In this document: positions 31,999 to 41,429 of the stretch, piece after piece
Layout: each line of letters starts with the position of its first letter
Numbering within the stretch: the stretch's first letter is position 1
Assembly: GCA_963793265.1 (NCBI GenBank)
Contig: CAWBZI010000001.1
Span: 960,001 to 1,024,000, forward strand
From: an uncultured cyanobacterium
Lineage (GTDB): Bacteria; Cyanobacteriota; Cyanobacteriia; Phormidesmidales; Phormidesmidaceae
DNA: 64,000 nt
Reading direction: 5' to 3'
Notes under the pieces: model-generated
The model's database searches: none
Told to the model about the DNA's origin: nothing
The model's input: only the letters and a program-made list of their open reading frames with translations
Program-made: the position numbers and the translations under genes

Positions 31999-32149
31999 TC
32001 CGCAAAATGGGGTACAAATCGGGGGCGGCTAGGGTACAGTGACCTCAGCTTGTCCGAACTGCTTGTTTCAGTTTGGGGAAGTTAGCCATCGGTTAGATGC
32101 GGGAACATCTGATCGATGGTGCTAAGTCAATCGAGTTCTGAAGTAATAC

Positions 32150-32165
32150 TGTGATAAAAATCACA
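32150..32165. promoter_or_regulatory. CRP-family binding site
   Basis: TGTGA-TAAAAA-TCACA, an exact TGTGA-N6-TCACA consensus in an intergenic region. Confidence 0.6.
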
Positions 32166-32341
32166 GGCTTGACTACTGACGATAGGGCCATTGTCGCGCT
32201 GAGTCAAGTGTGAAAAGTTTGCATATCCTCACAACAAAAGCTTGAGTCAAGCGTCCCTAAAATTACTGTCAGCCGCAGGTACACCGAATTGCAGTTAGCG
32301 GTTAGCATGGGGAGTGCTTTTGGTGAGGGGATGGGGCACTT

Positions 32342-34216
32342 ATGCTAATTAATAACCGATATCATGTGATTCGCGCGCTGGGAGAAGGCGGCTTTGGCCA
32401 TGCCTATTTAGCCACTGACCAGCAAATGCCGTCGCAAAGAAAGTGCGCTATTAAGCAGCTTAAGCCGATGAATGATAGCCCGAAAACCTATGAGGTTGTG
32501 AAGGCACGGTTTCAGCGAGAGGCCGCTATTTTAGAAAAGCTGGGAGAGGATCATCCACAAATTCCCAGGTTGTATGCCTACTTCAGCGAGAATCATCAGT
32601 TCTATCTGGTGCAGGAGTGGGTGGATGGCATTACGCTAAACGCACTCGTCGCCCAGCAAGGCCCCCAGCCTGAAGCCGCAGTCCGTTCGATCTTAGCCGC
32701 GCTGCTGCCCGTGCTGACGTTTGTGCACAGTCAGGGCATTATTCACCGAGATATCAAGCCCGACAACATTATTTTAAGGGCCGGTTCACAGCAGCCCGTG
32801 CTGATCGATTTTGGCGCAGTCCGAGAGACGATGGCGACGATCATTGACAGTCAAAATAGCCCTCAAAGCTCAGTGGCTATTGGCACACCCGGCTTTATGC
32901 CACCAGAACAGGCCGCAGGACGACCGATTCCCTCTAGCGATTTGTATAGTCTTGGGCTGGTGGCTATTTTCTTACTGACGGGCCGGTTGCCTCACTCATT
33001 TGGCACTGACACGCAGACAGGTGAGATTATCTGGCAGTCGGCGGTGCAGCACGTGAGTTCTGGATTTGTGGCGGTGTTAGATAAGGCGGTGAGGTCGCAT
33101 CCACGCGATCGCTTCACCAGTGCCCAAGCCATGCTCAGTGCCCTATCCTCACTTCCCGAAGCCACCGAAGCGCCTGTATCACCCGTCATCCCAGCCAACA
33201 TTCATCCACCCAGCAACCATCTGGCCGTACCACAGCAGTACCATCCGCTTGCCGCCGATAGCACCCTGAAAACAGTTGCTGTTGCACCTGAGCGGAAAGA
33301 ACAGGTTGGCAACGGTTCTACTTCAACACTGCCAAAGGAGAATCTCGAAAAGACTGACATTGGCAATGTTCATACCGATAGCGCCTCAACCCATAATGAC
33401 AATAGCGAAACGCCTCGTAAACGGTTCTCTCCTTTAGTGATTGGGCTAGGCGTTTTGGTGATTGCAGGTGGTGCGATCGCTAGCGGACTCTCCCTAAACC
33501 AATCTCAAAACAGCCCGCCAGCGCCACAAGCAATAGAATCAGCGCCCATCAAAGAAAAGAAAGCGAAGAAACCTAACACAAAAGAGCCAAAGGAAGCCAA
33601 GGTCGCAACCGAAACACAACCCACACTTGATGAACTGCCAGCAGAAACAACAGAACCAGAAGCAACAGAATCCATTGCTGAGAACGCGCCTCAAGCAGCC
33701 GGAGGACAGTTGACGCTCGGCAGCTCCTCAGGCCAAATCCCGATATACAACAATCCTTCTTTCGCAGCCCAGTCGCCTCAATCTGGGGCAAGCGGCGATC
33801 GCGTCACCATATTGCAACAGTCTCAAGGCGCTGACGGCACCTGGTATCGGGTTCGCTTCCCTTCTGGCGCTGAAGGCTGGGTATCCGGGGCCTACGCTGA
33901 TTCATCCAGCTACTCAGCTACCGCTGCACCCACGCCCGCCGTTTCACCCTCAGCGCCCGCACCCGCGCCCAGTCCTGAAGCCTCGCCGCCGCCTGCTGAC
34001 ACCTCATCGGCGCAAATCGTCGGTGCAAATGGCGCTCAGGTAAATGTGTATTCGGCTCCGTCTAGTGATTCGGGGTCGCCTCATTATGGGGTGGCGGGCG
34101 ATCGCATCGACATCATCAACAGCGCACAAGGCGAAGATGGCCGCACCTGGTATGAGGTACAGTTCGACTCAGGCGCAAGCGGCTGGGTCAGCGGTGACTC
34201 GGTAAAAGCGCCTTAG
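32342..34216 (+). CDS. Hanks-type Ser/Thr kinase with TM helix and two C-terminal SH3b-like domains
   Basis: LGEGGFG, AIKQL, HRDIKPDN, DFG, GTPGFMPPE; TM LVIGLGVLVIAGGAIA; two GDR..I......DG.TWY.V.F.SGA.GWVSG repeats. Confidence 0.92.
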   Translation: MLINNRYHVIRALGEGGFGHAYLATDQQMPSQRKCAIKQLKPMNDSPKTYEVVKARFQREAAILEKLGEDHPQIPRLYAYFSENHQFYLVQEWVDGITLNALVAQQGPQPEAAVRSILAALLPVLTFVHSQGIIHRDIKPDNIILRAGSQQPVLIDFGAVRETMATIIDSQNSPQSSVAIGTPGFMPPEQAAGRPIPSSDLYSLGLVAIFLLTGRLPHSFGTDTQTGEIIWQSAVQHVSSGFVAVLDKAVRSHPRDRFTSAQAMLSALSSLPEATEAPVSPVIPANIHPPSNHLAVPQQYHPLAADSTLKTVAVAPERKEQVGNGSTSTLPKENLEKTDIGNVHTDSASTHNDNSETPRKRFSPLVIGLGVLVIAGGAIASGLSLNQSQNSPPAPQAIESAPIKEKKAKKPNTKEPKEAKVATETQPTLDELPAETTEPEATESIAENAPQAAGGQLTLGSSSGQIPIYNNPSFAAQSPQSGASGDRVTILQQSQGADGTWYRVRFPSGAEGWVSGAYADSSSYSATAAPTPAVSPSAPAPAPSPEASPPPADTSSAQIVGANGAQVNVYSAPSSDSGSPHYGVAGDRIDIINSAQGEDGRTWYEVQFDSGASGWVSGDSVKAP

Positions 34217-34723
34217 CTCAGGCGGGCATTCACCACCGCCAGATCAAACGCCTCTGGATCAAAATCGCCGTACTTATCCAACAGCTCCAAATAGTCAGGG
34301 TCGTCCGTGTCCTCCAACCGGCCCATCAGCTCATCAAAGCCCCATACGCCGCCTGTATTCTCTGGAGGACAGGCCGCAGCGCCATCTATGCAGATAGGTA
34401 GGGTTGCGGCCTCAGTTTCTGGAGTTTCTGGCTTAATTCGGTGTAGCCAGCCGCTTGCAAAGTCGTAGGTGTAGTAGAGTGGCTGGGATTTTAAGTGGGC
34501 GATCGCCTCGCCCAATCCAGTCTCAGACTCCATCATCTCACCGGTCACCGAAGCAAGCGCTAAACCGATAGTCGTGCAAATTCTCCCAGCCCATCACCTG
34601 CTGCACCACCGTATGCAACTGCGCCAAAGAAATCTGCATCGGGACTAAAACCCGTCGCCATACCTCCGGCTCACTGTCTACCAGCGTAATCTTTAGCTGA
34701 CACATCTCAGGTCGCTGCGCCAT
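34213..34723 (-). pseudogene. Plasmid pRiA4b ORF-3 family protein split by a frameshift near 34550
   Basis: QLKITLVDSEPEVWRRVLVP...LHTVVQQVMGWENLHDYRF in one frame; YTYDFASGWLHRI...ACPPENTGGVWG...FDPEAFD in the next. Confidence 0.8.
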
Positions 34724-34776
34724 CTAAAAGTCCTTTTTGTATGTTTGGATTTGCTATGGCTACAGCTTAGAGCAGC

Positions 34777-36174
34777 CTACAGCTCTTCGCCGTGCTCATT
34801 TAGCCAATCTTGACCAAGCTGAATCGTAATATCTGAGTCCAAATTGCCCGTGCTCTCTACGCGCACCTCGCCAATACCTAAAAACTGTTGAATAGAAGCC
34901 GCACTTTCTAAATCGCCACGCTGCGCCACAATTCGCGTGTCGTATAGCTCTCGTTCTATGCTACGACCGACCTGCACGTTGTAATAGCCCGTATCGTAGA
35001 GGCTGTTAAGCAAAGACTGAACCGCGACATCATCGTAAGTGCTGTCTTGAATAACCACTCGCAAATTAGAGGGATCGGTGCGCTCAGAAATATTAAAGAT
35101 ATTGCCCGAGCCAAAGTACTGCTCAGCAAGTATGTCAATCTCTGAGTAGTTAGGAATCCAGTAGCTCAGATCGTAGTCTTCGTAGCTGCTAAATTCGCCG
35201 GGCAGCATCAGCATTTGTACGTCAGAGCGATTAGACTGAGCGCCGTAGCCCACTAACGCCACTAGCTCTTCAACCGAAAGATTAGTGTCTACGTTTGACT
35301 GAATTACCGAAAGAATCTTAGGCAAGCGAGCAATTGTTGCCGGGTTTAGCGCCTGCTCTACCAGCGCGCTCATAAACATCTGCTGACGCTGCACCCGGCC
35401 GATATCGCCATTATCGTCGTAGCGAAAGCGCAGAAACTGAAGCGCCTTATCGCCGTCTAGCCGCTGCTCGCCTGCCTTGAGGTTGATATAAAGATGCTGG
35501 CTGTCGTCCTGGTACTTCATGTCCTTAGGCACATTCACCTTCACACCACCAATCGCGTCGATCAGCTTCTCCACGCCCTGAACGTTAATCCGAATGTAGC
35601 GATCAACGCCCACGCCGCCCATTAGCTCACTCACAGCTTTAGCACTCGAAGCAGGCCCGCCGTCTCGATTGGCCTCATTAATTTTGGTGACTTCACCATC
35701 AACATTGGTACGCGTGTCGCGAGGAATAGACATCACGGCAATTCGCTCATTGCGCGGATCGAAGCGCATCATCAGCATCGTGTCTGAAAGGCCCTCAAAG
35801 GAGTTGACGGTAGCGTCATAGCCCTGGCGGTCGATGGCGTCGTAGTCTTGAATGTCTGAGCTGAGGACTTTGACGCCGAGCAGCAGTACGTTGACGGGGC
35901 GTGTGAGGCGTGGCAGTTGGAGGCTGTTAGCGGTAGCGATCGCATCTTCGCTAAAGACAGCGGCTTCTGAAGCTGAGAGGCTGCTTTGCTGTAAAGGCTT
36001 AGCGCCTAGCGAAAGGGCAACAAAGGCTCCCGCTATGGCCGAGATACTCGCTACACCAGCGAGCAAAACGCTAACGCCGACCCATCTAGGGATGCGTGGC
36101 TTTGGCTTAGAGTAGTAGGGTTTGGGCACGGCGGATGTAGAACGTTTTTGGGGAGCACGATTGACAAACGACAC
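34777..36174 (-). CDS. LCP (LytR-CpsA-Psr) family protein with LytR C-terminal domain
   Basis: N-terminal TM, SDTMLM, MSIPRDT, KINEA, FLRFR..GDIGRVQRQQ, SDITIQLGQD. Confidence 0.93.
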   Translation of the reverse strand: MSFVNRAPQKRSTSAVPKPYYSKPKPRIPRWVGVSVLLAGVASISAIAGAFVALSLGAKPLQQSSLSASEAAVFSEDAIATANSLQLPRLTRPVNVLLLGVKVLSSDIQDYDAIDRQGYDATVNSFEGLSDTMLMMRFDPRNERIAVMSIPRDTRTNVDGEVTKINEANRDGGPASSAKAVSELMGGVGVDRYIRINVQGVEKLIDAIGGVKVNVPKDMKYQDDSQHLYINLKAGEQRLDGDKALQFLRFRYDDNGDIGRVQRQQMFMSALVEQALNPATIARLPKILSVIQSNVDTNLSVEELVALVGYGAQSNRSDVQMLMLPGEFSSYEDYDLSYWIPNYSEIDILAEQYFGSGNIFNISERTDPSNLRVVIQDSTYDDVAVQSLLNSLYDTGYYNVQVGRSIERELYDTRIVAQRGDLESAASIQQFLGIGEVRVESTGNLDSDITIQLGQDWLNEHGEEL

Positions 36175-36311
36175 AGATAATCTCAGGTTATGTGGGCGTG
36201 TTGAACTCGGTTAAACAAGTAAACTGAAATCCTTGCGGAGACACCCTTTCGCCAGATTCCATTTTGTTTTATCAGATGTTGGTGTCTTTTTTTATGAAGA
36301 GTGTGGCACTT

Positions 36312-36707
36312 TTACGGCAAGCGACGGCCAAGTTGACTGACGCCAGGGAGGCGAATCGACTGACCTTTGGCAACGCGGAACATCAGGCCGATGCTCAGCA
36401 AGAAGTAGCCTGAGCCGACGAAGCTACTGGCCAGCAAAAATCGCAGGCTGGCAACTTGAGAGGCTTGGGTAGTCGCTCCGGCCCCGAGCAGGGCGATCGC
36501 GCTGATACAGCCCAACCCAATCACCACCGACAACCGGCTTGCCGATCTCACCTGGGCTCCTTCTATATCTTCAGCACTAGCCTCCCCCTCTCCGTACAAA
36601 GTCCAAAGTGAAGGCAACATGCCAAACACAGGAATCAGGTGAAGATACAGGCGCATTCGCTGAAAGGACGATTGCTGAGAAGTTGGTGAAGCCATAGATT
36701 GCGGCAC
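36312..36707 (-). CDS. Hypothetical membrane protein
   Basis: LYLHLIPVFG..PSLWTLY and three hydrophobic segments; start uncertain. Confidence 0.65.
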   Translation of the reverse strand: MPQSMASPTSQQSSFQRMRLYLHLIPVFGMLPSLWTLYGEGEASAEDIEGAQVRSASRLSVVIGLGCISAIALLGAGATTQASQVASLRFLLASSFVGSGYFLLSIGLMFRVAKGQSIRLPGVSQLGRRLP

Positions 36708-36832
36708 TTTAAGGGCATTCCAAAGCAGCCTCAGCAGCCTTGTTGACTCATCAGCTTTTGGATTAGACCGAACCCCGACGTATCAAAAAAAATTAATACC
36801 GTAGGGATGGATTCATAAATCCCAAAAAAGTT

Positions 36833-36874
36833 AGCCCGATAACACGGCCCGATAACACAGCCCGTAACATAGCC
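36833..36874. repeat. Short 13-bp tandem repeat (about 3 copies) upstream of acnB
   Basis: AGCCCGATAACAC GGCCCGATAACAC AGCCCG-TAACAT AGCC. Confidence 0.75.
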
Positions 36875-37030
36875 GCTGGCTCGGTCATTAATCACTGGGT
36901 AGCAGCGCAGATTAATTCACATATTTCTCAGCGTTTAGTCAGCCTCGCTACGGGCAAGTTGCGTAAATTCGGTAGACTGGATAACTGAAAGATCCGCTAG
37001 TCGATTTTGTCTTTTCTAGAGAGTGACCCG

Positions 37031-39628
37031 ATGCTTGAGTCCTATCGCAAACACGTTGAAGAACGCGCAGCTTTGAATGTGCCTCCCCTGCCTTTAGATG
37101 CTGAGCAGGCGGCTGCCCTTTGCGATTTGCTCAAAAACCCTCCGGCGGGTGAGGAAGACTTTTTGATGTCGCTGCTGTGCGATCGCATTCCCCCCGGTGT
37201 TGACCCGGCTTCGTATGTAAAAGCTTCGTTTTTGAGTGCGATCGCCCAAGGTGAAACCCACAGCCCGCTGATCTCACCCAAAAAAGCCGTCGAACTCCTC
37301 GGTACTATGATGGGCGGCTACAACGTGGCTTCCCTAATCGCCCTGCTCAAAGACGAACGCCCCGAAATCGCTCAGCTTGCCGCAGATGCCCTGAAGAAAA
37401 CCCTCCTCATATACGACGCCTTTAATGACGTAATGGATCTGTCCGAGTCCAACGACTACGCTAAGCAAGTTGTAGACGCTTGGGCTGAGGCCGAATGGTT
37501 TACCAGCAAGCCAGAAGTGCCCGAAACCATTACCGTCACCGTCTTTAAGGTGCCCGGCGAAACGAACACCGACGATCTTTCACCCGCCCCCCACGCCACC
37601 ACTCGCCCCGATATTCCACTTCACGCTCAGGTGATGCTAGAGTCCACGATGGAAAAGCCGCTAGAGACGCTAGCTGAGCTGAAGCAAAAAGGACATCCGG
37701 TGGCCTACGTGGGCGATGTGGTCGGCACGGGCTCCTCGCGTAAGTCAGCGATGAACTCGGTGATTTGGCACATTGGTTCGGACATTCCCTTTGTGCCGAA
37801 TAAGCGGACGGGTGGGGTGATTTTGGGGGGTGCGATCGCGCCCATTTTCTTCAACACCGCCGAAGACTCCGGCGCACTGCCCATCGAGTGCGATGTCACC
37901 AAAATGAACACAGGTGACATCATTACCATCCATCCCTACCAGGGAAACATCACCAACGAAGCAGGCGAAGTCATTTCCACCTTCACCCTCACCCCCGAAA
38001 CCCTGCTTGACGAAGTACGCGCAGGCGGTCGCATCCCGCTCATCATCGGTCGCGCCCTCACCGACAAAACCCGCATCGCCCTCGGCCTCGAACCCTCCGA
38101 CATTTTCGTGCGCCCTTCTGCCCCCACCGACACTGGCAAAGGCTTCACCCTCGCCCAAAAAATGGTCGGCAAAGCCTGCGGCCTCACGGGCGTCCGTCCC
38201 GGCACCTCTTGCGAACCGCTTATGACCACCGTCGGCTCGCAAGACACAACCGGCCCTATGACCCGCGACGAAATGAAAGAACTCGCCTGCCTCGGCTTCA
38301 GCGCGGGCCTCGTCCTCCAGACCTTCTGCCACACCGCCGCCTACCCCAAACCCGTAGACGTACAAACCCACGCCACCCTCCCCGACTTCTTCGCCTCCCG
38401 TGGCGGCGTCGCCCTCGAACCCGGCGACGGCATCATCCACTCCTGGCTCAACCGAATGCTATTGCCCGACACCGTAGGCACTGGCGGCGACTCACACACC
38501 CGCTTCCCTCTCGGAATCTCCTTCCCCGCAGGCTCGGGCCTAGTTGCCTTTGCAGCCGCTATCGGCGCGATGCCACTAGACATGCCCGAATCTGTTCTCG
38601 TGCGCTTTAAAGGAGAACTTCAGCCCGGCATCACCCTTCGCGACGTGGTGAACGTCATCCCTTACGTCGCCATCCAAAAAGGTCTTCTCACCGTCGCCAA
38701 AGAGAACAAAAAGAACGTCTTCTCAGGCCGCATTCTCGAAATAGAAGGACTCCCCGACCTCAAGCTCGAACAAGCCTTTGAACTCACCGACGCCTCAGCC
38801 GAACGCTCCTGCGCAGGCTGCACCATCAAGCTCAGCGAAGAAACCACCGCCGAATACCTCCGCTCCAACGTCGCCCTGCTCAAAAACATGATCGCTCGCG
38901 GCTACCACGACGAACGTACCCTCGCCCGTCGCATCGCTGAAATGGAAAAGTGGCTAGAGAACCCCTCACTCATGAGCGCCGACGCCGACGCCGAGTACGC
39001 CGAAGTCCTTGAAATTGACCTCAACAACCTCAAAGAGCCCATCGTCGCCGCCCCCAACGACCCCGACAACGTAAAAACCCTCTCAGACGTAGTAGGCGAC
39101 AAAATCGATGAAGTCTTCATCGGCTCCTGCATGACCAACATCGGCCACTACCGCGCCGCCGCCAAAGTGTTAGAAAACGAAGGCGTCGTCAACGGTCGCC
39201 TCTGGATTTGCCCACCCACCCGCATGGACGAAAAACAGCTCCGCGCGGAAGGCTACTACGGCACCTTTGCCGCCGCAGGCGCTCGCACCGAAATGCCCGG
39301 CTGCTCTCTGTGCATGGGCAACCAGGCCCGCGTAGAAGATGGCGTCACCGTCTTCTCCACCTCCACCCGCAACTTCAACAACAGAATGGGCAAAGGTGCT
39401 CAGGTGTATTTAGGCTCTGCCGAACTCGCAGCAGCTTGTGCCTTATTGGGCCGCATTCCGGCAATGGATGAATATTTGGAGGTTGTTGCCAACAAAATTG
39501 ATCCATTTGCAGATGAGCTATACCGCTACCTCAACTTTAACGAGATTAAGGGCTTTGAAGATGAGGGTCGAGTTGTACCGAAAGAAGACGAAGAGAAAAT
39601 TGAGAAAGAGGCGGTGGCTGCTGGCTAA
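37031..39628 (+). CDS. acnB: Aconitate hydratase B
   Basis: [58 protein letters not shown]. Confidence 0.98.
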   Translation: MLESYRKHVEERAALNVPPLPLDAEQAAALCDLLKNPPAGEEDFLMSLLCDRIPPGVDPASYVKASFLSAIAQGETHSPLISPKKAVELLGTMMGGYNVASLIALLKDERPEIAQLAADALKKTLLIYDAFNDVMDLSESNDYAKQVVDAWAEAEWFTSKPEVPETITVTVFKVPGETNTDDLSPAPHATTRPDIPLHAQVMLESTMEKPLETLAELKQKGHPVAYVGDVVGTGSSRKSAMNSVIWHIGSDIPFVPNKRTGGVILGGAIAPIFFNTAEDSGALPIECDVTKMNTGDIITIHPYQGNITNEAGEVISTFTLTPETLLDEVRAGGRIPLIIGRALTDKTRIALGLEPSDIFVRPSAPTDTGKGFTLAQKMVGKACGLTGVRPGTSCEPLMTTVGSQDTTGPMTRDEMKELACLGFSAGLVLQTFCHTAAYPKPVDVQTHATLPDFFASRGGVALEPGDGIIHSWLNRMLLPDTVGTGGDSHTRFPLGISFPAGSGLVAFAAAIGAMPLDMPESVLVRFKGELQPGITLRDVVNVIPYVAIQKGLLTVAKENKKNVFSGRILEIEGLPDLKLEQAFELTDASAERSCAGCTIKLSEETTAEYLRSNVALLKNMIARGYHDERTLARRIAEMEKWLENPSLMSADADAEYAEVLEIDLNNLKEPIVAAPNDPDNVKTLSDVVGDKIDEVFIGSCMTNIGHYRAAAKVLENEGVVNGRLWICPPTRMDEKQLRAEGYYGTFAAAGARTEMPGCSLCMGNQARVEDGVTVFSTSTRNFNNRMGKGAQVYLGSAELAAACALLGRIPAMDEYLEVVANKIDPFADELYRYLNFNEIKGFEDEGRVVPKEDEEKIEKEAVAAG

Positions 39629-39716
39629 ATAGAACAAACATAATTGTTCTCTGCGGAATTATTTCGCGAGGAAATGGAGTGGTAAGTAGCATTGTTTTTT
39701 GTTACTTACCACTTTT

Positions 39717-40172
39717 ATGAAACTACGTGATATCAAACGCCGTGACCAAGTTCTGCGTACCTATTTTCATGGGCGCGATTGGAATGAGAATAGTGAATAC
39801 GGTCTAAAGCGTCAGCTTATTCAGAATAGCCAAGAGCTATTGCCTGACTATAAGTACGTTGTTGAAGATGAATGGGAAGTTGTTTCTAACCGGCCACAGC
39901 ATGGAAAAGGCGATCTAGTCTTTACCGATGGCAATGGTTGTTTTGCTGTTATTGAGGTGAAGTGGATTGATTTGATTGACTCAACTCGTAAAGGTACGAC
40001 AAGGAGAAATAGCAATACAAAGAAGCGACGGAAGGTTGAATCACAGGCTATAGAGTACGCAGAATGCTATGCGAATTCTGCTGGATTAGATGCAGACAGC
40101 AAAGTTGAGGCTTTCGTATTTACTAATGAGTACCCTTACCTCCGTAAAATAGACGCCTTAAACCAGATATAA
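39717..40172 (+). CDS. Hypothetical protein, possible PD-(D/E)XK nuclease fold
   Basis: EDEWEV...KGDLVF...AVIEVK...QAIEY pattern; fold assignment is inference. Confidence 0.55.
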   Translation: MKLRDIKRRDQVLRTYFHGRDWNENSEYGLKRQLIQNSQELLPDYKYVVEDEWEVVSNRPQHGKGDLVFTDGNGCFAVIEVKWIDLIDSTRKGTTRRNSNTKKRRKVESQAIEYAECYANSAGLDADSKVEAFVFTNEYPYLRKIDALNQI

Positions 40173-40194
40173 GTCGCCTTTGCTTAGAATTTGT

Positions 40195-40254
40195 GCAGAT
40201 AAAGTATAAAGTATAACGTACATCGTTAAACGCGGTACGTTATACTTTATCTGC
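40195..40254. promoter_or_regulatory. Long inverted repeat containing two operator-like sites upstream of higBA-2
   Basis: ATAAAGTATAACGTAC (40206-40221) / GTACGTTATACTTTAT (40235-40250); contains TAACG-TACAT-CGTTA and AAACG-CGGTA-CGTTA. Confidence 0.7.
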
Positions 40255-40280
40255 TGATATGAGATGGTTCTATTTAGGGT

Positions 40281-40562
40281 GTGATTCGGAGCTTTAAGGA
40301 TAAGGAAACTCAAAAAATATTTGAGCGAGTGCGATCGCGCAAGATTCCTTCGGATATTCAGCAAGTCGCCTTAAGGAAGCTAAGAATGCTCAACCGTGCA
40401 GAGACACTTCAAGACCTTCGTGTACCACCAGCTAATCGTCTAGAGCGTCTTGTTGGCAATCGAAAAGATCAATACAGCATCCGAATTAATAATCAATGGC
40501 GAGTCTGCTTTGAGTGGCAAGACGGTGATGCCTTTGATGTAGGGATAGTTGACTACCACTGA
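40281..40562 (+). CDS. higB: HigB (RelE family) toxin, copy 2
   Basis: IRSFKDKETQKIF...LRVPPANRLE...YSIRINNQWR...IVDYH. Confidence 0.95.
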   Translation: MIRSFKDKETQKIFERVRSRKIPSDIQQVALRKLRMLNRAETLQDLRVPPANRLERLVGNRKDQYSIRINNQWRVCFEWQDGDAFDVGIVDYH

Positions 40563-40572
40563 GGTTTTAACA

Positions 40573-40881
40573 ATGAGTGTAGATAAGTTGAGTCCTATTC
40601 ATCCTGGCGAAGTGCTTCTCGAAGAGTTCTTAAAGCCTATGAACCTTAGTCAAAACCAGATGGCGTTGGCTTTGCGGGTGCCAGCGCGGCGCATCAATGA
40701 GATTGTTCATGGAAAGCGTAGAGTCACAGCAGATACAGCGCTTCGATTAGCACGCTATTTTAATATGTCGCCTCGCTTTTGGTTAGGGTTGCAGATGGAC
40801 TACGATTTAGATATTACTGAAGATGCCGTAGGCGAACAGTTAGATAAAGAAGTTGCTGTTTTGACACCTGATGAGCGATAG
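40573..40881 (+). CDS. higA: HigA antitoxin, copy 2
   Basis: PIHPGEVLLEEFL, RRINEIVHGKRRVTADTALRL, FWLGLQ. Confidence 0.95.
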   Translation: MSVDKLSPIHPGEVLLEEFLKPMNLSQNQMALALRVPARRINEIVHGKRRVTADTALRLARYFNMSPRFWLGLQMDYDLDITEDAVGEQLDKEVAVLTPDER

Positions 40882-40942
40882 AAGTGGATTGACTAGGGTC
40901 TTTTCTGCAACGCTGATTTGATTTTCGTATTAGGCAAATCCG

Positions 40943-41422
40943 ATGACTGCAAAACTATCCACAGATAGCCTGACAGAATTGTATGATTGCGATGTCGCCC
41001 TCTGGTCGGAGCGGACGGTGGAGCTGTTGCGGCAGGGAAGGTTTGATGAACTGGATTTGGAGAATTTGATTGATGAGGTGGGTGACTTGGGTAGACGAGA
41101 GCGCGATCGCCTAATAAGCTCTATTCGCCTAATCATGCACCACCTCTTAAAGTGGGAACACCAGCCAGAAAAACGTTCTCGTAGCTGGATCAAGACCATT
41201 CAGCGCGAACGAATAAACGTTCAAAGCTATTTAGAGGATACGCCTAGCTTAGTAAGAATATTTGATGCTGAGTGGATGGATAAAGCCTATCGAACGGCTC
41301 GAAAGCAGGCTGCGGTTGAGACAGATTTGCCACTTGAGACGTTTCCACAGCAGTGCCCTTACCAGTGGGCGCAAGTGTTGGAAGACGGTTTTCCAGAAGA
41401 TTTGACTGATGAGCAAAGTTAA
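40943..41422 (+). CDS. DUF29 family protein
   Basis: LYDCDVALW...LDLENLIDEV.DLGR...HLLKWEHQP...PSL...FPQQCPY. Confidence 0.92.
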   Translation: MTAKLSTDSLTELYDCDVALWSERTVELLRQGRFDELDLENLIDEVGDLGRRERDRLISSIRLIMHHLLKWEHQPEKRSRSWIKTIQRERINVQSYLEDTPSLVRIFDAEWMDKAYRTARKQAAVETDLPLETFPQQCPYQWAQVLEDGFPEDLTDEQS

Positions 41423-41429
41423 AATTCAG

